From: Nitrospirota bacterium
GTDB taxonomy: Bacteria; Nitrospirota; Nitrospiria; 2-01-FULL-66-17
DNA: 64,000 nucleotides
Direction: 5' to 3'
NCBI GenBank assembly: GCA_049325335.1
Contig: JBMOMC010000037.1
Coordinates: 1 to 64,000, forward strand
Shown here: positions 31,302 through 42,508 of the stretch, piece by piece
Layout: each line of letters opens with the position of its first letter
Position numbering within the stretch: position 1 is the first letter of the stretch
Notes under the pieces: generated by a model
Database searches by the model: none
Told to the model about the DNA's origin: nothing
What the model saw: only the letters and a program-made list of their open reading frames with translations
Translations under genes and position numbers: made by a program

Positions 31302-31901
31302 TCAGCCGCGAGCGCGGCCGCCGACGGCGCGGTCGATGAGTGTCCAGAGCGCCGGGCGTCCTTCTCCCGTCTGCGAGGAGACGAAGACGACGGCGTCGCG
31401 GTCGGCCAAGCCGAACGCCGCGGCAATCCGCTCTTGCGCGGCACGACGATGGCCGCGGGGAACCTGATCGGCCTTGGTCGCGACCACGATTTCCGGCACG
31501 CCGTACGACGCCAGCCACCGATGCATGACGGCGTCCAGGTCGGTCGGGGGATGCCGCGCGTCCACCAGCAGCACCACCGCGCGCAGCGTGTCCCGTTGGG
31601 ACACATACGCCTCGATGAACGATCGCCACGAGCGTTGCACCGCCTGAGGCACCTTGGCGTACCCGTACCCCGGAAGATCGACGAAGAATGCCGTCTTGTT
31701 CACGGCGAAAAAGTTGATCGTTTGCGTCTTGCCCGGCGTGGCGCTGACCTTGGCCAAACGCTTCCGCCCCAACAAGGCGTTCAACAACGACGACTTGCCC
31801 ACGTTCGAGCGGCCGACAAACGCCACCTCCGGCCATCCCGTTCCGGGAAAGTCCTTGGGATGCACGCACGCACGCACGAATTCCGCGTCACGAACCGCCA
31901 T
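31302..31901 (-). CDS. engB: Ribosome biogenesis GTPase YihA/EngB
   Basis: GRSNVGKSS, PGKT, DLPGYGYA, TKAD. Confidence 0.96.
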   Translation of the reverse strand: MAVRDAEFVRACVHPKDFPGTGWPEVAFVGRSNVGKSSLLNALLGRKRLAKVSATPGKTQTINFFAVNKTAFFVDLPGYGYAKVPQAVQRSWRSFIEAYVSQRDTLRAVVLLVDARHPPTDLDAVMHRWLASYGVPEIVVATKADQVPRGHRRAAQERIAAAFGLADRDAVVFVSSQTGEGRPALWTLIDRAVGGRARG

Positions 31902-32053
31902 ACACGCTCCGCCCTTCGACCCCATCGGGAGAAATCCGGAGCGCACTGTAGCGGAGCGTCCGTTTGAGTGTCAATCGTCGTGGGACGATTCGTCCCGCGA
32001 TTGACTTCAATTTTTCATTTGGTGTAGAGTTCCGCCGCGCGAGGGAGCCCGCC

Positions 32054-32782
32054 GTGTCGATCGAATTTGACGCCAAGTACGAGAAGGCCTCACGACTGTT
32101 CGACGCGGGCCGCTATCCCGAAGCGGAAGATCTGTACCTCAAGTTAATTGAAGCCGGCGGACACGGGTACGCCGACATCTACAACCGCCTCGGACTCATC
32201 ACCGCGTTTCAGGGCCAGATCGAAACCGCGGCCGAATGGTTCCTCAAAGCGGTGCAAGCCAATCCGCGGTACACCGAAGCTTGTCTCAATCTCGCAGTGG
32301 CGTACGCCGACCTCAGTCGGTATGACGACGCGCAGCAAGCGTACTCTGACGCCGCCCGGCTCGTGAAGGAGGCGCCACGCGCGACCGACTTTTACGTCCG
32401 GGGACGGCTCGCGAACGAACACGTCGCGCTCGGAGACCGCTACGTGAACCTCGGATTGCACGACGAAGCGCTCGATGAGTACCGCAAGGCGCTGGGCCTC
32501 TGCCCCACCTTCCCCGACGTCATCACCAAAGTGGGAATGGTCCTGCGGGAGCAGGGCGCGTACGACGAAGCCATCCGCGTGTTTCTCCGGGCCAAAGAAG
32601 TCTCCCCCGGGTATGTGCCCGCGACCATCCACCTCGGCATTACCTACTACATGAGCGGGTTCCCCGACCTCGCGCGCGAAGAGTGGGAGTCGATCCCCGC
32701 GGACTCCATCGACGGCGATCACCCCGCGCTGTACCTGTCGTTGGCCCAAAAAGTCTGCCTGGACCCCGGGGTCGCCCCGTAG
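32054..32782 (+). CDS. TPR-repeat protein
   Basis: Several TPR consensus repeats; GTG start after GGGAG. Confidence 0.85.
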   Translation: MSIEFDAKYEKASRLFDAGRYPEAEDLYLKLIEAGGHGYADIYNRLGLITAFQGQIETAAEWFLKAVQANPRYTEACLNLAVAYADLSRYDDAQQAYSDAARLVKEAPRATDFYVRGRLANEHVALGDRYVNLGLHDEALDEYRKALGLCPTFPDVITKVGMVLREQGAYDEAIRVFLRAKEVSPGYVPATIHLGITYYMSGFPDLAREEWESIPADSIDGDHPALYLSLAQKVCLDPGVAP

Positions 32783-32787
32783 CCGAC

Positions 32788-33810
32788 GTGCGCGGGCAGC
32801 CTGCCTCCGTCGGCGTCACCACCTCCCCGACGCCAACCCCGCTTCTTCGCATCAGTGACCTGACCGTTGAGTTTCCGACCGCGGCCGGACCCGCGCGCGC
32901 CGTCAACCTCGTGAACATCGACGTGGCTCGCGGCGAGGTCTTGGGCGTGGTCGGCGAATCAGGCTGCGGCAAGAGCATGACCGCGTTGGCCGTGCTCAGA
33001 TTGATCCCTCCCCCCGGTCGGATCTCGGGGGGCCGCATTCTGCTCGACGGCCAAGACCTCCGCTCGCTCCCGCCCATCGCGCTGCAGGCAATCCGCGGCA
33101 AACGGATCGCCATGATTTTTCAAGAGCCCATGACCGCGCTCAACCCGGTGTTGACGGTCGGCGATCAAATCGCGGAAATGCTTCGTCGTCACGTACGGCA
33201 CACCCGCGCCGACGCCAGAACCCGGACGATCGAATTGCTCCGACTGGTCGGGATTCCCGCTCCGGAAAGGCGGTGGACCGAGTACCCCCATCAACTCAGC
33301 GGGGGTATGCGTCAGCGGGTGATGATCGCGATGGCCATTTCGTGCGATCCCGATATTGTGTTTGCCGACGAACCGACCACCGCGCTCGACGTCACGGTTC
33401 AAGCCCAAATCCTCGGTTTGTTGCGCGATCTTCGCGAGCGGCTCGGCATGGCGATGGTCTTTATCTCGCACAACCTCGGCGTCATTGCCCAAGTGGCGCA
33501 CCGTGTCGCGGTCATGTACGCCGGACGGATCGTCGAAGAAGCCACCACGCAGACCCTCTTTACGCAGCCCCTCCACCCGTACACCCAGGGGTTGCTCGCC
33601 TCGTTGCCGCCCGCAGACCTTCGAGCCGGTCGGCTGCACCGGCTCGAAGCCATCACGGGCGTGGTGCCCGCGTTAGGTGCGATCCCCACTGGCTGCGCCT
33701 TCACCCCGCGCTGCCCGTATGCCGAGGTGCGCTGCGTGACCGACCCGCCGTTCGTCGATTCCGGGGACGCGCACCGGACCCGCTGTTGGCTCGTGGAGCG
33801 CGCGCCGTGA
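32788..33810 (+). CDS. Peptide ABC transporter ATPase (OppD/DppD-like); start approximate
   Basis: GESGCGKS, LSGGMRQR, DEPTTALD, HPYT, C-terminal Cys motif. Confidence 0.93.
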   Translation: MRGQPASVGVTTSPTPTPLLRISDLTVEFPTAAGPARAVNLVNIDVARGEVLGVVGESGCGKSMTALAVLRLIPPPGRISGGRILLDGQDLRSLPPIALQAIRGKRIAMIFQEPMTALNPVLTVGDQIAEMLRRHVRHTRADARTRTIELLRLVGIPAPERRWTEYPHQLSGGMRQRVMIAMAISCDPDIVFADEPTTALDVTVQAQILGLLRDLRERLGMAMVFISHNLGVIAQVAHRVAVMYAGRIVEEATTQTLFTQPLHPYTQGLLASLPPADLRAGRLHRLEAITGVVPALGAIPTGCAFTPRCPYAEVRCVTDPPFVDSGDAHRTRCWLVERAP

Positions 33811-34826
33811 CGCCCGCATCGGATCGATCCCCGTCGACGGCGACCGGCACCGACGTCCTGTTGGAGGTCGACGGACTCGCCAAATATTTCCCGGTGCGAT
33901 CCAGTGCGCTCGGCCTGAGCCGGGCGCAGCGCGTGCACGCGGTGGACGGCGTGTCGTTTCACATCAACCGGGGTGAGGTGCTGGGCTTGGTCGGCGAATC
34001 CGGCTGCGGGAAATCCACCACCGGCCGTCTGATCCTGCGATTAATCGACCCGTCGGCCGGGTCGATTCGATTTCTCGGCGAAGACCTGCTGTCCGCGCCA
34101 GCGGCGCGGATGAAGGGGTTGCGCCGGCACCTGCAGATCGTGTTTCAGGATCCGTTTTCCTCGCTCAACCCCCGGATGCGGATCGGGACGATTCTTGAAG
34201 AACCGTTGGTGGTCCACGGACTGGGGTCTCGTACCGAACGCGCCGACGCGGTTCGCGGCATCCTGGAAAAAGTCGGGTTGTCCGCCGATGCGCTCACCAG
34301 GTATCCCCACGAGTTCAGCGGCGGCCAACGCCAACGCGTCGGCATCGCCCGCGCGCTGATTCTCAACCCGCAACTCGTGGTCGCGGACGAACCCGTCTCG
34401 TCGCTGGACGTGTCCATCCAGGCCCAGATTATCAATTTGCTCCAAGACCTTCAGCGCGCCTATCGCCTCTCGCTCCTCTTCATCGCGCACGACTTGGTGA
34501 TGGTCCGCCACATCAGCGATCGCGTGGCCGTGATGTATCTGGGGCGGATCGTGGAACTGGCGTCCTCCGACGCGTTGTTCGCGCGCCCGCGCCATCCCTA
34601 CACGCAAGCACTCATCGCGGCGATCCCGACCACGGCCCCCGGCGTCGCGCCACGCGCCACGCTCCTCGACGGCGACCCGCCGAGCCCTATTAACCTCCCG
34701 ACCGGATGCCGGTTCTATTCGCGCTGTCCCAAACGCATCCCCGAGTGCCGGCAGGTCGATCCCCAGTTGACGCAGATCGCCGATGGCCACTCCGTGGCGT
34801 GTATCCTGCCCGACGCGAACACCTGA
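33807..34826 (+). CDS. Peptide ABC transporter ATPase (OppF/DppF-like)
   Basis: GESGCGKST, YPHEFSGGQRQR, DEPVS.LD; GTGA overlap with the upstream gene. Confidence 0.93.
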   Translation: MTPASDRSPSTATGTDVLLEVDGLAKYFPVRSSALGLSRAQRVHAVDGVSFHINRGEVLGLVGESGCGKSTTGRLILRLIDPSAGSIRFLGEDLLSAPAARMKGLRRHLQIVFQDPFSSLNPRMRIGTILEEPLVVHGLGSRTERADAVRGILEKVGLSADALTRYPHEFSGGQRQRVGIARALILNPQLVVADEPVSSLDVSIQAQIINLLQDLQRAYRLSLLFIAHDLVMVRHISDRVAVMYLGRIVELASSDALFARPRHPYTQALIAAIPTTAPGVAPRATLLDGDPPSPINLPTGCRFYSRCPKRIPECRQVDPQLTQIADGHSVACILPDANT

Positions 34827-34830
34827 CGAA

Positions 34831-35844
34831 CTACGGAGAGGTCGGCGAGGTCTCGCCGCTCAAATGCATCGCGGCGTTCACGGCGGTCAACGTTTCGGCC
34901 GCGACCGCGCGCGCGCGGTCGCGGCCGATTTTGATCGCGCGGTCGATCTGGGCGGGGTCCTGCTCCAGCGCAGCGCGCCGCTCCCAGATCGGCCGCATAC
35001 GACCGACCACGCCGTCGGCCAACGCCGATTTGCAGTCGATGCACCCGATCGCGGCGGTGCGGCATTCAGTATTGACCCGGTCGATGACGGCGGCGGGAGA
35101 AAACACCTTGTGCAGGTCGAACACCGGGCACACGTCCGGATTGCCGGGATCGCTGCGCCGCTTGCGCGCGGGATCGGTCACCATCGTCTTGAGCTTCTCC
35201 CGCACGGTCGGTTCGGGGTCGGACAGGTAAATCGCGTTATTGTAGCTTTTGCTCATCTTGCGCCCGTCGGTTCCCGGCAACTTGGCCGCCGGGGTCAACA
35301 GCGCCTTGGGCTCTGGAAAGACCTCCCCGTAAATGTGATTGAAGCGGCGGGCGATCTCGCGGGTAATCTCCAGGTGCGGCAGTTGGTCCTGCCCCACCGG
35401 CACCGCGTCGGCCCGATACAGCAAGATGTCCGCGGATTGGAGCACCGGATACCCCATGAAGCCGTAACTGGTCATGTCACGGTCGGCCAATTGCTCCTGC
35501 TGTTCTTTGTACGTTGGATTGCGTTCCAGCCACGGGACCGGCACGATCATCGACAGCAGCAGGTGGAGCACCGCGTGGTCCGGGACGGATGACTGCACGA
35601 AAACCGTGGACCGGCTCGGATCCAATCCCGCCGCGAGCCAGTCAATGAGCAGATCCCTGGTGAACGAGCGGATGCGCGTGGTCTCGGCATAGTTGGTGGA
35701 CACCGCGTGCCAATCCGCCACCATGAAAAAACACTCGTGGGTATCCTGGAGCGAGACCCAGTTCGCGAGCGCACCCATGTAATTGCCGAGGTGCAACCGC
35801 CCGCTGGGCTGCATCCCGCTCAGAATCCGAGGCCGAGCCGCCAT
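34831..35844 (-). CDS. trpS: Tryptophan--tRNA ligase
   Basis: SGMQPSG.LHLGN, VPVG.DQ..H.E, KMSKS. Confidence 0.97.
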   Translation of the reverse strand: MAARPRILSGMQPSGRLHLGNYMGALANWVSLQDTHECFFMVADWHAVSTNYAETTRIRSFTRDLLIDWLAAGLDPSRSTVFVQSSVPDHAVLHLLLSMIVPVPWLERNPTYKEQQEQLADRDMTSYGFMGYPVLQSADILLYRADAVPVGQDQLPHLEITREIARRFNHIYGEVFPEPKALLTPAAKLPGTDGRKMSKSYNNAIYLSDPEPTVREKLKTMVTDPARKRRSDPGNPDVCPVFDLHKVFSPAAVIDRVNTECRTAAIGCIDCKSALADGVVGRMRPIWERRAALEQDPAQIDRAIKIGRDRARAVAAETLTAVNAAMHLSGETSPTSP

Positions 35845-35938
35845 CCGCGCTCCTTGTTTGACTTCGCCATCCAACCGCCTCGCGGCGGCTTCGCCGCGCA
35901 GACTCCGCGTTCCATGGGCTCGCCGCGAACGGACACGT

Positions 35939-36640
35939 TCACAGAATCACGTTCATCAACACCGCATGGATCGAACCCAGAATCCGTTGGACCACGTGCA
36001 GCGGATCCAGAAAGACCAGCAATAGTACGATCAGCATTCCGTAGGGTTCAAGGCCCGCCACCCGGCGGGATCCCTGCTCCGGCAACAGGCCGACCAGGAC
36101 CCGACCGCCGTCGAGCGGCGGGATCGGCAACAGATTAAACAACATCAAGAACAGGTTGATGACCACGCTGTAGACCAACATCTCCGCGATCGGCTCTGCG
36201 ACCTGAAACCCGGACCCTCCCCCATCGAGTCCCGAGAAACCGGGTCCGGCAACCGCGACCAACGCCCGCAGCGCCAGACTGGAGACCACGGCCAGGCCGA
36301 GGTTGGTGAGCGGCCCCGCCGCCGCCACCCACACCATGTCCGCTTTGGGGCGACGCAGATTCATAAAATTCACGGGCACGGGTTTGGCGTAACCGAAAAC
36401 CGGTCCGGGTTGCCCCGCCAACAACAGCGGACCGGCGTACAACATCAGGGGAAGGAAGATCGTACCGAACGGGTCGATGTGGGCCAGCGGGTTGAGTGTG
36501 AGCCGCCCGAGATACTTGGCGGTCGGATCGCCCTTGCGATCCGCCACGTAGCCGTGCGCGGCTTCGTGAAACGTAATGGCCAACAGGATCGGCAACGCGA
36601 CCACGGATATCCCGTGGATGATCGGCGCTAGGTCGCCCAT
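35939..36640 (-). CDS. Site-2 (M50) membrane protease
   Basis: HEAAH, GD.T, NLLPIPPLDG. Confidence 0.94.
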   Translation of the reverse strand: MGDLAPIIHGISVVALPILLAITFHEAAHGYVADRKGDPTAKYLGRLTLNPLAHIDPFGTIFLPLMLYAGPLLLAGQPGPVFGYAKPVPVNFMNLRRPKADMVWVAAAGPLTNLGLAVVSSLALRALVAVAGPGFSGLDGGGSGFQVAEPIAEMLVYSVVINLFLMLFNLLPIPPLDGGRVLVGLLPEQGSRRVAGLEPYGMLIVLLLVFLDPLHVVQRILGSIHAVLMNVIL

Positions 36641-36641
36641 G

Positions 36642-38624
36642 TTACAACGCGGGGACGAACCGGCCGTTTCGAATCTGGATCCACGAGAATCGGCGTTGCG
36701 CCTCGCCGTCCGAACCGAACCCGGTCAGACCGCTGACGCCAACGTCGCCGGCCGTCTTGGTCAACTCCTCGCGCAGCCGCTCGCCGGTGGTCGCTCCGCT
36801 CTTGATCCCCCGCACCAAGGTCGCGGCGGCATCGTACGCCAGCGCCGCGAACACGTCGGGCGCGGCGCGATACCGCGCGCGGTAGAGCTTCACGAACCGC
36901 TGCACCGCCGGGTCTTGCGAGTCGACGAAAAACGCGTCGGCGAACACCGCGTCCTCGACGTGTTTGCCGCCGTTCTTGACCACCACGCGATCGTTCCATC
37001 CGCTACTGCCCACGAGCGGCACCGCGATGTCGAAAAACCGTAGTTGCGCCGCGACCAACCCCACGGTCTCCGCGTCGCCGGGAAGAAACGCCGCGTCGAA
37101 TCCCGGCACGTACACGGGTTCCTTCGGCGGCGCTGGCTCCGTGCCGGGCGCGTTGGGCGGCGCCTTCGGCGCAACGGCTTCCGCCGGCAAGGTCTCCATC
37201 CTCCCTTCTTGTTTGAGGTCCTCTTCCTTGAGCGCCTTGATCTCGCGCCCAAAATCCACGGCGCCGGGTTCATACGTCGCGGAGACCACCACCCGTCCCT
37301 GCCGCCGCGCCACCTCGTCGGCGAACGCCGCCGCGATGTCCTGCGAATACCGGTCGCGCGGCGACAACACGACAAACCGCTTCATCCCCAAATGCTCGAT
37401 CGCGTATTGCGCGGCCGCCGCGGCTTCGGCCTTCGCGGTCAGCGCGGTTCGGAATAGGTACCGATTCTGGGGCATGACGCCGGTTGCGGTGGGACTGATC
37501 GCCGGAATCTTCCACGAGGACGCGCGGGACGTCACCGCCATGGCCTCCCGGCTCAACACCGGCCCGAGGATGCCCACGCACCGAACCTCCCGACAGGTCT
37601 CGTCCAACACCGCGCCCAGCCGGGTCGCGTCTCCGCCGTAGTCCCGGGCGGCCAACGCCACCGGCAACTCCGATCCGGCGCCGCGCTCCACGTCGATCGC
37701 CAATTGCGCGCCGCGCAGGATACTGGTGGCGTACGGTTGCAGCGCGCCCTGGTATGGGAGCGGCGCCACGATCACGTACTTGGCTGCGCGCAGGCGGGCC
37801 CGGTTCGCCTCGACGGTTTGACGCGCCTCCGCGGCCGATTCGTGGGCGGGAAACGCGGCCAACAACGCCTTGAGCACCCGATCCTGATCAAACAGATCAC
37901 CCGAGGCGCCGTAGAGTTGCCCCGCGCGAACCAGCGCCGCGTCGGCCGGAAATCGTCCCGCGAACGCCGCGGCCACGTCCTCGAGTTGACGCGGATCATC
38001 GGCTTTCGCCACCACCTCGCGGACGCGCGCGTCGAGTGCGGTCCGGGCGTCCCCTTCCTCCGTCAACACGCGCGCGTCCATGAGCCACGTGACTGCGCGC
38101 GGAAGATCTCGGCTGTCCGCGGCCAAGGTGCTCAACGCGTCATAGGCGTGCCGACGCAGTTCGGGCGCCGCGTCAGAAGCCGCCACCGCGGAGAGCGCTA
38201 TCTCGGCCTGCCGACGATTTCCCGCGCCCGCGTACGCCAACCCCAGATCCAGTCGAGCGCGATCCGCGTAGTCGCTGTCCGGCGCCTTGTCCACGACCTC
38301 GGCCAACAACGCGACGGCCTGCGGGTATTCTCGGTCATTGAGGTGAAGGCGGCCCCGGATGGTCAACGCTTCCGCCCGAAACCCGCTGACCGGATAGGCC
38401 TGCAGAAAGCGATCAAGCTGGGCCGCGCCGTCGATCAGATCGCCGGCGTCCAACGCGGCTTTGGCCCGCGTAAACGCGCTGCGCTCCTGGGAAGTGGGCG
38501 GCGGGGTGACGCCCTGCGCCGAACTCGGAAGGCCGGTGATAAGATGGAGGGCCGCCACGAGCCCGAACATACCGAAACTCACGGCGGCCCGACGGTGGAA
38601 ACCCGTCACGACAGGAGTCTTCAA
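36642..38624 (-). CDS. LpoA-like protein (TPR plus type-1 periplasmic-binding domain)
   Basis: N-terminal TPR helices; ILGP.LS, GFDA.F.P, AYDA. Confidence 0.75.
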   Translation of the reverse strand: MKTPVVTGFHRRAAVSFGMFGLVAALHLITGLPSSAQGVTPPPTSQERSAFTRAKAALDAGDLIDGAAQLDRFLQAYPVSGFRAEALTIRGRLHLNDREYPQAVALLAEVVDKAPDSDYADRARLDLGLAYAGAGNRRQAEIALSAVAASDAAPELRRHAYDALSTLAADSRDLPRAVTWLMDARVLTEEGDARTALDARVREVVAKADDPRQLEDVAAAFAGRFPADAALVRAGQLYGASGDLFDQDRVLKALLAAFPAHESAAEARQTVEANRARLRAAKYVIVAPLPYQGALQPYATSILRGAQLAIDVERGAGSELPVALAARDYGGDATRLGAVLDETCREVRCVGILGPVLSREAMAVTSRASSWKIPAISPTATGVMPQNRYLFRTALTAKAEAAAAAQYAIEHLGMKRFVVLSPRDRYSQDIAAAFADEVARRQGRVVVSATYEPGAVDFGREIKALKEEDLKQEGRMETLPAEAVAPKAPPNAPGTEPAPPKEPVYVPGFDAAFLPGDAETVGLVAAQLRFFDIAVPLVGSSGWNDRVVVKNGGKHVEDAVFADAFFVDSQDPAVQRFVKLYRARYRAAPDVFAALAYDAAATLVRGIKSGATTGERLREELTKTAGDVGVSGLTGFGSDGEAQRRFSWIQIRNGRFVPAL

Positions 38625-38756
38625 TCCTCTCTAATCGCGGCGTCAAACCCACGCCGGAGTGTGGTGAGGGTTATACGAGAACCTCCACTCAAAATCAAGG
38701 CGCCCGGCGCGGAGGCAATTGACACCGGCCGCACCCTACGTTACTGTTCGGGCCAA

Positions 38757-39818
38757 ATGTCGCGCCGAATTCTTGTGCGACGATGCGTGGTCTGGCTGGC
38801 CTGGCTCGGCGCGTGCGGGATGGTTCCCGACGCGTCCGCCGCGGCCACCGCCGAGGCGTTGATGCGGACGGCCGCGGCCTGCGACCAGCGACTCCACGCG
38901 TCGGAACAACTCCAACGCCTTCGGTCCTCCTGGCAACGCTGCATCAAGCGGTACGCGGACGTGGTCGCGGCGGGCGGCAGGACGGCAGACGCCCATGCCG
39001 CGCTCACCCGGCAAGCCGACCTGGCGCGGGAGCTCGCGCGGCGGTCGCAACGACGCGACGATTCGCGGGAAGCGGACCGCCTGCGCGAACTCCTCCGGCG
39101 CGCGCGCGCGGCCGAGGCCCCGACCTCGGTCCGGGTGGTGATCGACCCCGGTCACGGCGGCAAGGACCCGGGCACCATCAGCGCCCGCGGCGTCCAAGAA
39201 AAGGACGTCGTGCTCGACGTCGCGATTCGTCTCCGCAAACTGTTGGAACCCCACGACCGGGTCACGCCCTTGTTGACCCGCCGCGGGGACGAATTCGTCT
39301 CGCTGGAAGATCGCGCCGCGTTCGTACGAACGCGGGAAGCCGACCTGTTCGTCTCCATCCACGCGAACTCCAGTCCGCGGCGCGAGGCCAGGGGCTTGGA
39401 GGTCTACGTGGTAGGGCACGCCAGCGACGCCGACGCCGACGCCACCGCGGCCAGGGAGAACGACGTACCGGGACGCGGCACCGCGGACGTCGGCGCCTTG
39501 GTCCAAGACATGCTCGGCGACCTCTCGAACAGTAAACGCGACGAACGTTCGCTCGAGTTGGCGCACAGGCTTCAACAAACCATGGTCCAGCGGGTCGGAC
39601 GGGACTACGATATCGTGGATCTCGGGATCAAACGCGCGCCGTTTTACGTACTGCTCCATTCCGGCGTGCCAAGCATCCTGTCGGAGTTGGCGTTCCTGAG
39701 CAACCCGGACGACGCCACCCGCCTCACGCAACCGACGTTTCGTCAACGCATCGCCGACGCGCTTGCAGCCGGCATCCTGGACTTCGCCGCGTCCACGGTG
39801 CTCGCGCAATCGAACTGA
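38757..39818 (+). CDS. N-acetylmuramoyl-L-alanine amidase (Amidase_3)
   Basis: VIDPGHGGKDPG, EK..VL, SIHANS, A.F.VL...PS.L.E..F.SN. Confidence 0.93.
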   Translation: MSRRILVRRCVVWLAWLGACGMVPDASAAATAEALMRTAAACDQRLHASEQLQRLRSSWQRCIKRYADVVAAGGRTADAHAALTRQADLARELARRSQRRDDSREADRLRELLRRARAAEAPTSVRVVIDPGHGGKDPGTISARGVQEKDVVLDVAIRLRKLLEPHDRVTPLLTRRGDEFVSLEDRAAFVRTREADLFVSIHANSSPRREARGLEVYVVGHASDADADATAARENDVPGRGTADVGALVQDMLGDLSNSKRDERSLELAHRLQQTMVQRVGRDYDIVDLGIKRAPFYVLLHSGVPSILSELAFLSNPDDATRLTQPTFRQRIADALAAGILDFAASTVLAQSN

Positions 39819-39831
39819 CCTCGCCGTTCAC

Positions 39832-40614
39832 ATGCCGGTGCTGCGTTTGGTCATTGAATACGACGGGACCAACTACCACGGCTGGCAACGACAAGCCGTG
39901 GCCGCGACCATTCAAGGGACGATCGAGGCGGCAATCGCGCGCATCGGCGGCAAACGCGCCGTCGTCACGGGCGCGGGTCGCACCGACGCGGGCGTCCACG
40001 CCGAAGCCCAGGTCGCGCACGTGCAGACCCGGGCCGCGCTCGACCCCGCAACTTGGCGGCGCGCGCTCAACGCGGTGCTGCCCGATGACGTCAAGGTCCG
40101 CTCCGTCGAATACGCGCCGCCCGGGTTCCACGCCCGGTTCTCCGCGGTCGGCAAACGGTATCGGTATCGCCTGCTCAACCGCCCGACGCCTTCGCCTCTT
40201 GAGCGGCGCACGGCCTGGCACGTCCCGCAACCGCTGAACCTGGTCGCGATGCGGCGCGCGGCCTCGGCGCTCATCGGCCGCCGCGATTTTCGGACATTCC
40301 AAGGCGCCGACTCCGCGCACGGCGAGGGCCATGACACGGTCTGCACCCTCTCGCGCTGCGCGATCCGAATGCGGGGCGAGATCGTCGCCATCGAGGTTGA
40401 CGGCGATCGATTCCTCAAATACATGGTGCGCAACATCGTAGGCACGCTGGTGGAAATCGGGCTCGGTCGGAGGGCGGCCAGCGGAATGTCTGATCTCTTA
40501 GCCTCGGGCGATCGGCGCCTAGCTGGGATCACCGCCCCCGCTCACGGTTTAACGTTGGTAGAGGTCTACTACGAGCGCCCGCGTCCCCGCGCGCACCGCA
40601 GCGCCCGGCGGTGA
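39832..40614 (+). CDS. truA: tRNA pseudouridine(38-40) synthase
   Basis: YDGTNYHGWQ, AGRTDAGVHA, FHARF, FL..MVRNIVG. Confidence 0.97.
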   Translation: MPVLRLVIEYDGTNYHGWQRQAVAATIQGTIEAAIARIGGKRAVVTGAGRTDAGVHAEAQVAHVQTRAALDPATWRRALNAVLPDDVKVRSVEYAPPGFHARFSAVGKRYRYRLLNRPTPSPLERRTAWHVPQPLNLVAMRRAASALIGRRDFRTFQGADSAHGEGHDTVCTLSRCAIRMRGEIVAIEVDGDRFLKYMVRNIVGTLVEIGLGRRAASGMSDLLASGDRRLAGITAPAHGLTLVEVYYERPRPRAHRSARR

Positions 40615-40629
40615 CCCGGTCGCTCCTTG

Positions 40630-41115
40630 TTATCGACCGTTGGCTTGGAAAGTGTACCGGATGATCGCTTCGCGGTCCGCGGCGGCAAGATCGGAAAACG
40701 TGACCGCGATCTCGTAGAACGCGCCGGACGGGCGCGCCAACAGCCGCTGACGCACCACTTCCCCGACCGCGCGAATGGAGACCGGCGCTTCGCCGGGCAA
40801 CACCAGCGCCAGGTCCAAATATTGTCCCTCGTCGATCGGGTCTCCACTCGAAAACCGCACGCCGGACCCGCTCAGGTTAATGCGTTGAGGCTGAAGCGCC
40901 GGCGTCTGTTCGCCCGATTCCAGCCGGGCCAGCAACCGATCCACCTTGCGCTCGATCCGATCCAACGCCGCGCGAACCGGGTCGTCCTCGAGATGGAACG
41001 CCTCCCGCTCGGTCTGCGTGATCGACTGCACGCCGCCCCGCCCGACCGGCTTAAACCCGAAGGGGATGAGCACGTCCACGCGGCGATACAGCCGCTTGTC
41101 TTCTTTAGTGTCCAT
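40630..41115 (-). CDS. PilZ-domain protein
   Basis: R...R at the N-terminus and the NLSGSG motif. Confidence 0.8.
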   Translation of the reverse strand: MDTKEDKRLYRRVDVLIPFGFKPVGRGGVQSITQTEREAFHLEDDPVRAALDRIERKVDRLLARLESGEQTPALQPQRINLSGSGVRFSSGDPIDEGQYLDLALVLPGEAPVSIRAVGEVVRQRLLARPSGAFYEIAVTFSDLAAADREAIIRYTFQANGR

Positions 41116-42508
41116 ACGCTCTGGCCTCCGGATTCTGCACGTCCGCCGACGCGTCGACGGCCGGCAACCGCACCGTGAACACGGTCCGCCCGGGCCGCGT
41201 CTGCACGTTGATCTCGCCCCGGTGCGCGCGGATCATCCCGTAACACAACGAGAGCCCCAAGCCCGTGCCGCGCCCCACTTCTTTGGTCGTAAAAAACGGG
41301 TCGAAGATCTTCGACAGATTCTCGTTCGATATCCCGTGGCCCGAATCCGCCACCTCCACTTCCACGGCGCGCGCAACGGAGCGGGTGCGCACTTCCAGGG
41401 TCCCGCGCTCGCTCATCGCGTCGTACCCGTTGTTGATCAGGTTCACCAGCACCTGAGCCAGCTGTCCCGCGTCTCCGAACACCCACTGCGGCGTCGGCTC
41501 CGTCTCGGTGCGCACCTCGATTTCGGGGCGCGTCACGCGTTGGGGCAGGATCGACGTGACGTCGGAGACGATGCGGTTACAGTCCACCACCGCCAGATCA
41601 AGCGGCTGGGGCCTGGAGAACCGCAAGAGGCTCTCGACAATGCCTTTGGCCGCATTCGCGCCCTCCGCCATCGCGGTCATCACGCGCCGCTCTTCCGCGT
41701 CGCGCAACGTCTCCTTGAGCAGGTGCGAGTAGGCCACTAAGGGGACCAGTTTGTTGTTGAGTTCGTGCGCGACGCCCGCCACCAACGTCCCCAGCGCGGC
41801 GAGTTTTTCCTGCTGGAACGCTTGGCGCTGCGCGGCCTCGATTTCCCGGGTTTTGGCGTGCACCTTGGATTCGAGCGAGTGGTTGAGGTTCGCCAACTCG
41901 GCGCGCACGCTCGCGAACGCGAGGAGGTGCCCCACCACGGTCGCGAGCACGGCAAACACCGCCTCGTGGTCCTTACTGAAAAACCCCTTGTCCGGGTGAC
42001 TCAAATTCAGCACGCCGATCACCTGATCCCCGGAAAACAACGGGAAGCAGAGCAACGAGCGGACCGCGGGCGAGCGAGCGAGAAACCGCGCGTCGCGGCG
42101 GGTGTCGTTGACCCGCACCGGCCGCGCCTCGCGCGCCACCATCCCCGCGATCCCTTCGCCGATCGCAAAGGACCGCCGGGGCTCGCTCGAGGCCCCGGAC
42201 GCGGCGCCGGATCCTGACACGTTCAACAGCCGCTCGCGCCGCCGATCCAGGAGCATCACGGAACACGAGTGCAGCCCCAGTTCCTCGGTCAGCACCGTCA
42301 CCACCCCGTCCCCGATCGACGCGAGGTCGAACACCCCGGAGAGCGTTCGTGCCAAGCGCTGGACGATCGCGAGCGCAGCGGCGAGATCGGGCGGTTCGGC
42401 CCGCGCCGCGCGCGCGGCGCGGGCGGTCGGTTCCGCGGTCCGATGCGCGCGTTGGGAACTCGATGAACGGCCGTCGGACGCGGCGGGCGTGCGCGGAGGA
42501 TGAGTCAT
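41105..42508 (-). CDS. GAF-domain sensor histidine kinase (NtrB-like)
   Basis: GAF (GEGIAG, F...D), EKLAALG...AHELNN, DPFFTTK..G.GTGLGL. Confidence 0.92.
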   Translation of the reverse strand: MTHPPRTPAASDGRSSSSQRAHRTAEPTARAARAARAEPPDLAAALAIVQRLARTLSGVFDLASIGDGVVTVLTEELGLHSCSVMLLDRRRERLLNVSGSGAASGASSEPRRSFAIGEGIAGMVAREARPVRVNDTRRDARFLARSPAVRSLLCFPLFSGDQVIGVLNLSHPDKGFFSKDHEAVFAVLATVVGHLLAFASVRAELANLNHSLESKVHAKTREIEAAQRQAFQQEKLAALGTLVAGVAHELNNKLVPLVAYSHLLKETLRDAEERRVMTAMAEGANAAKGIVESLLRFSRPQPLDLAVVDCNRIVSDVTSILPQRVTRPEIEVRTETEPTPQWVFGDAGQLAQVLVNLINNGYDAMSERGTLEVRTRSVARAVEVEVADSGHGISNENLSKIFDPFFTTKEVGRGTGLGLSLCYGMIRAHRGEINVQTRPGRTVFTVRLPAVDASADVQNPEARAYGH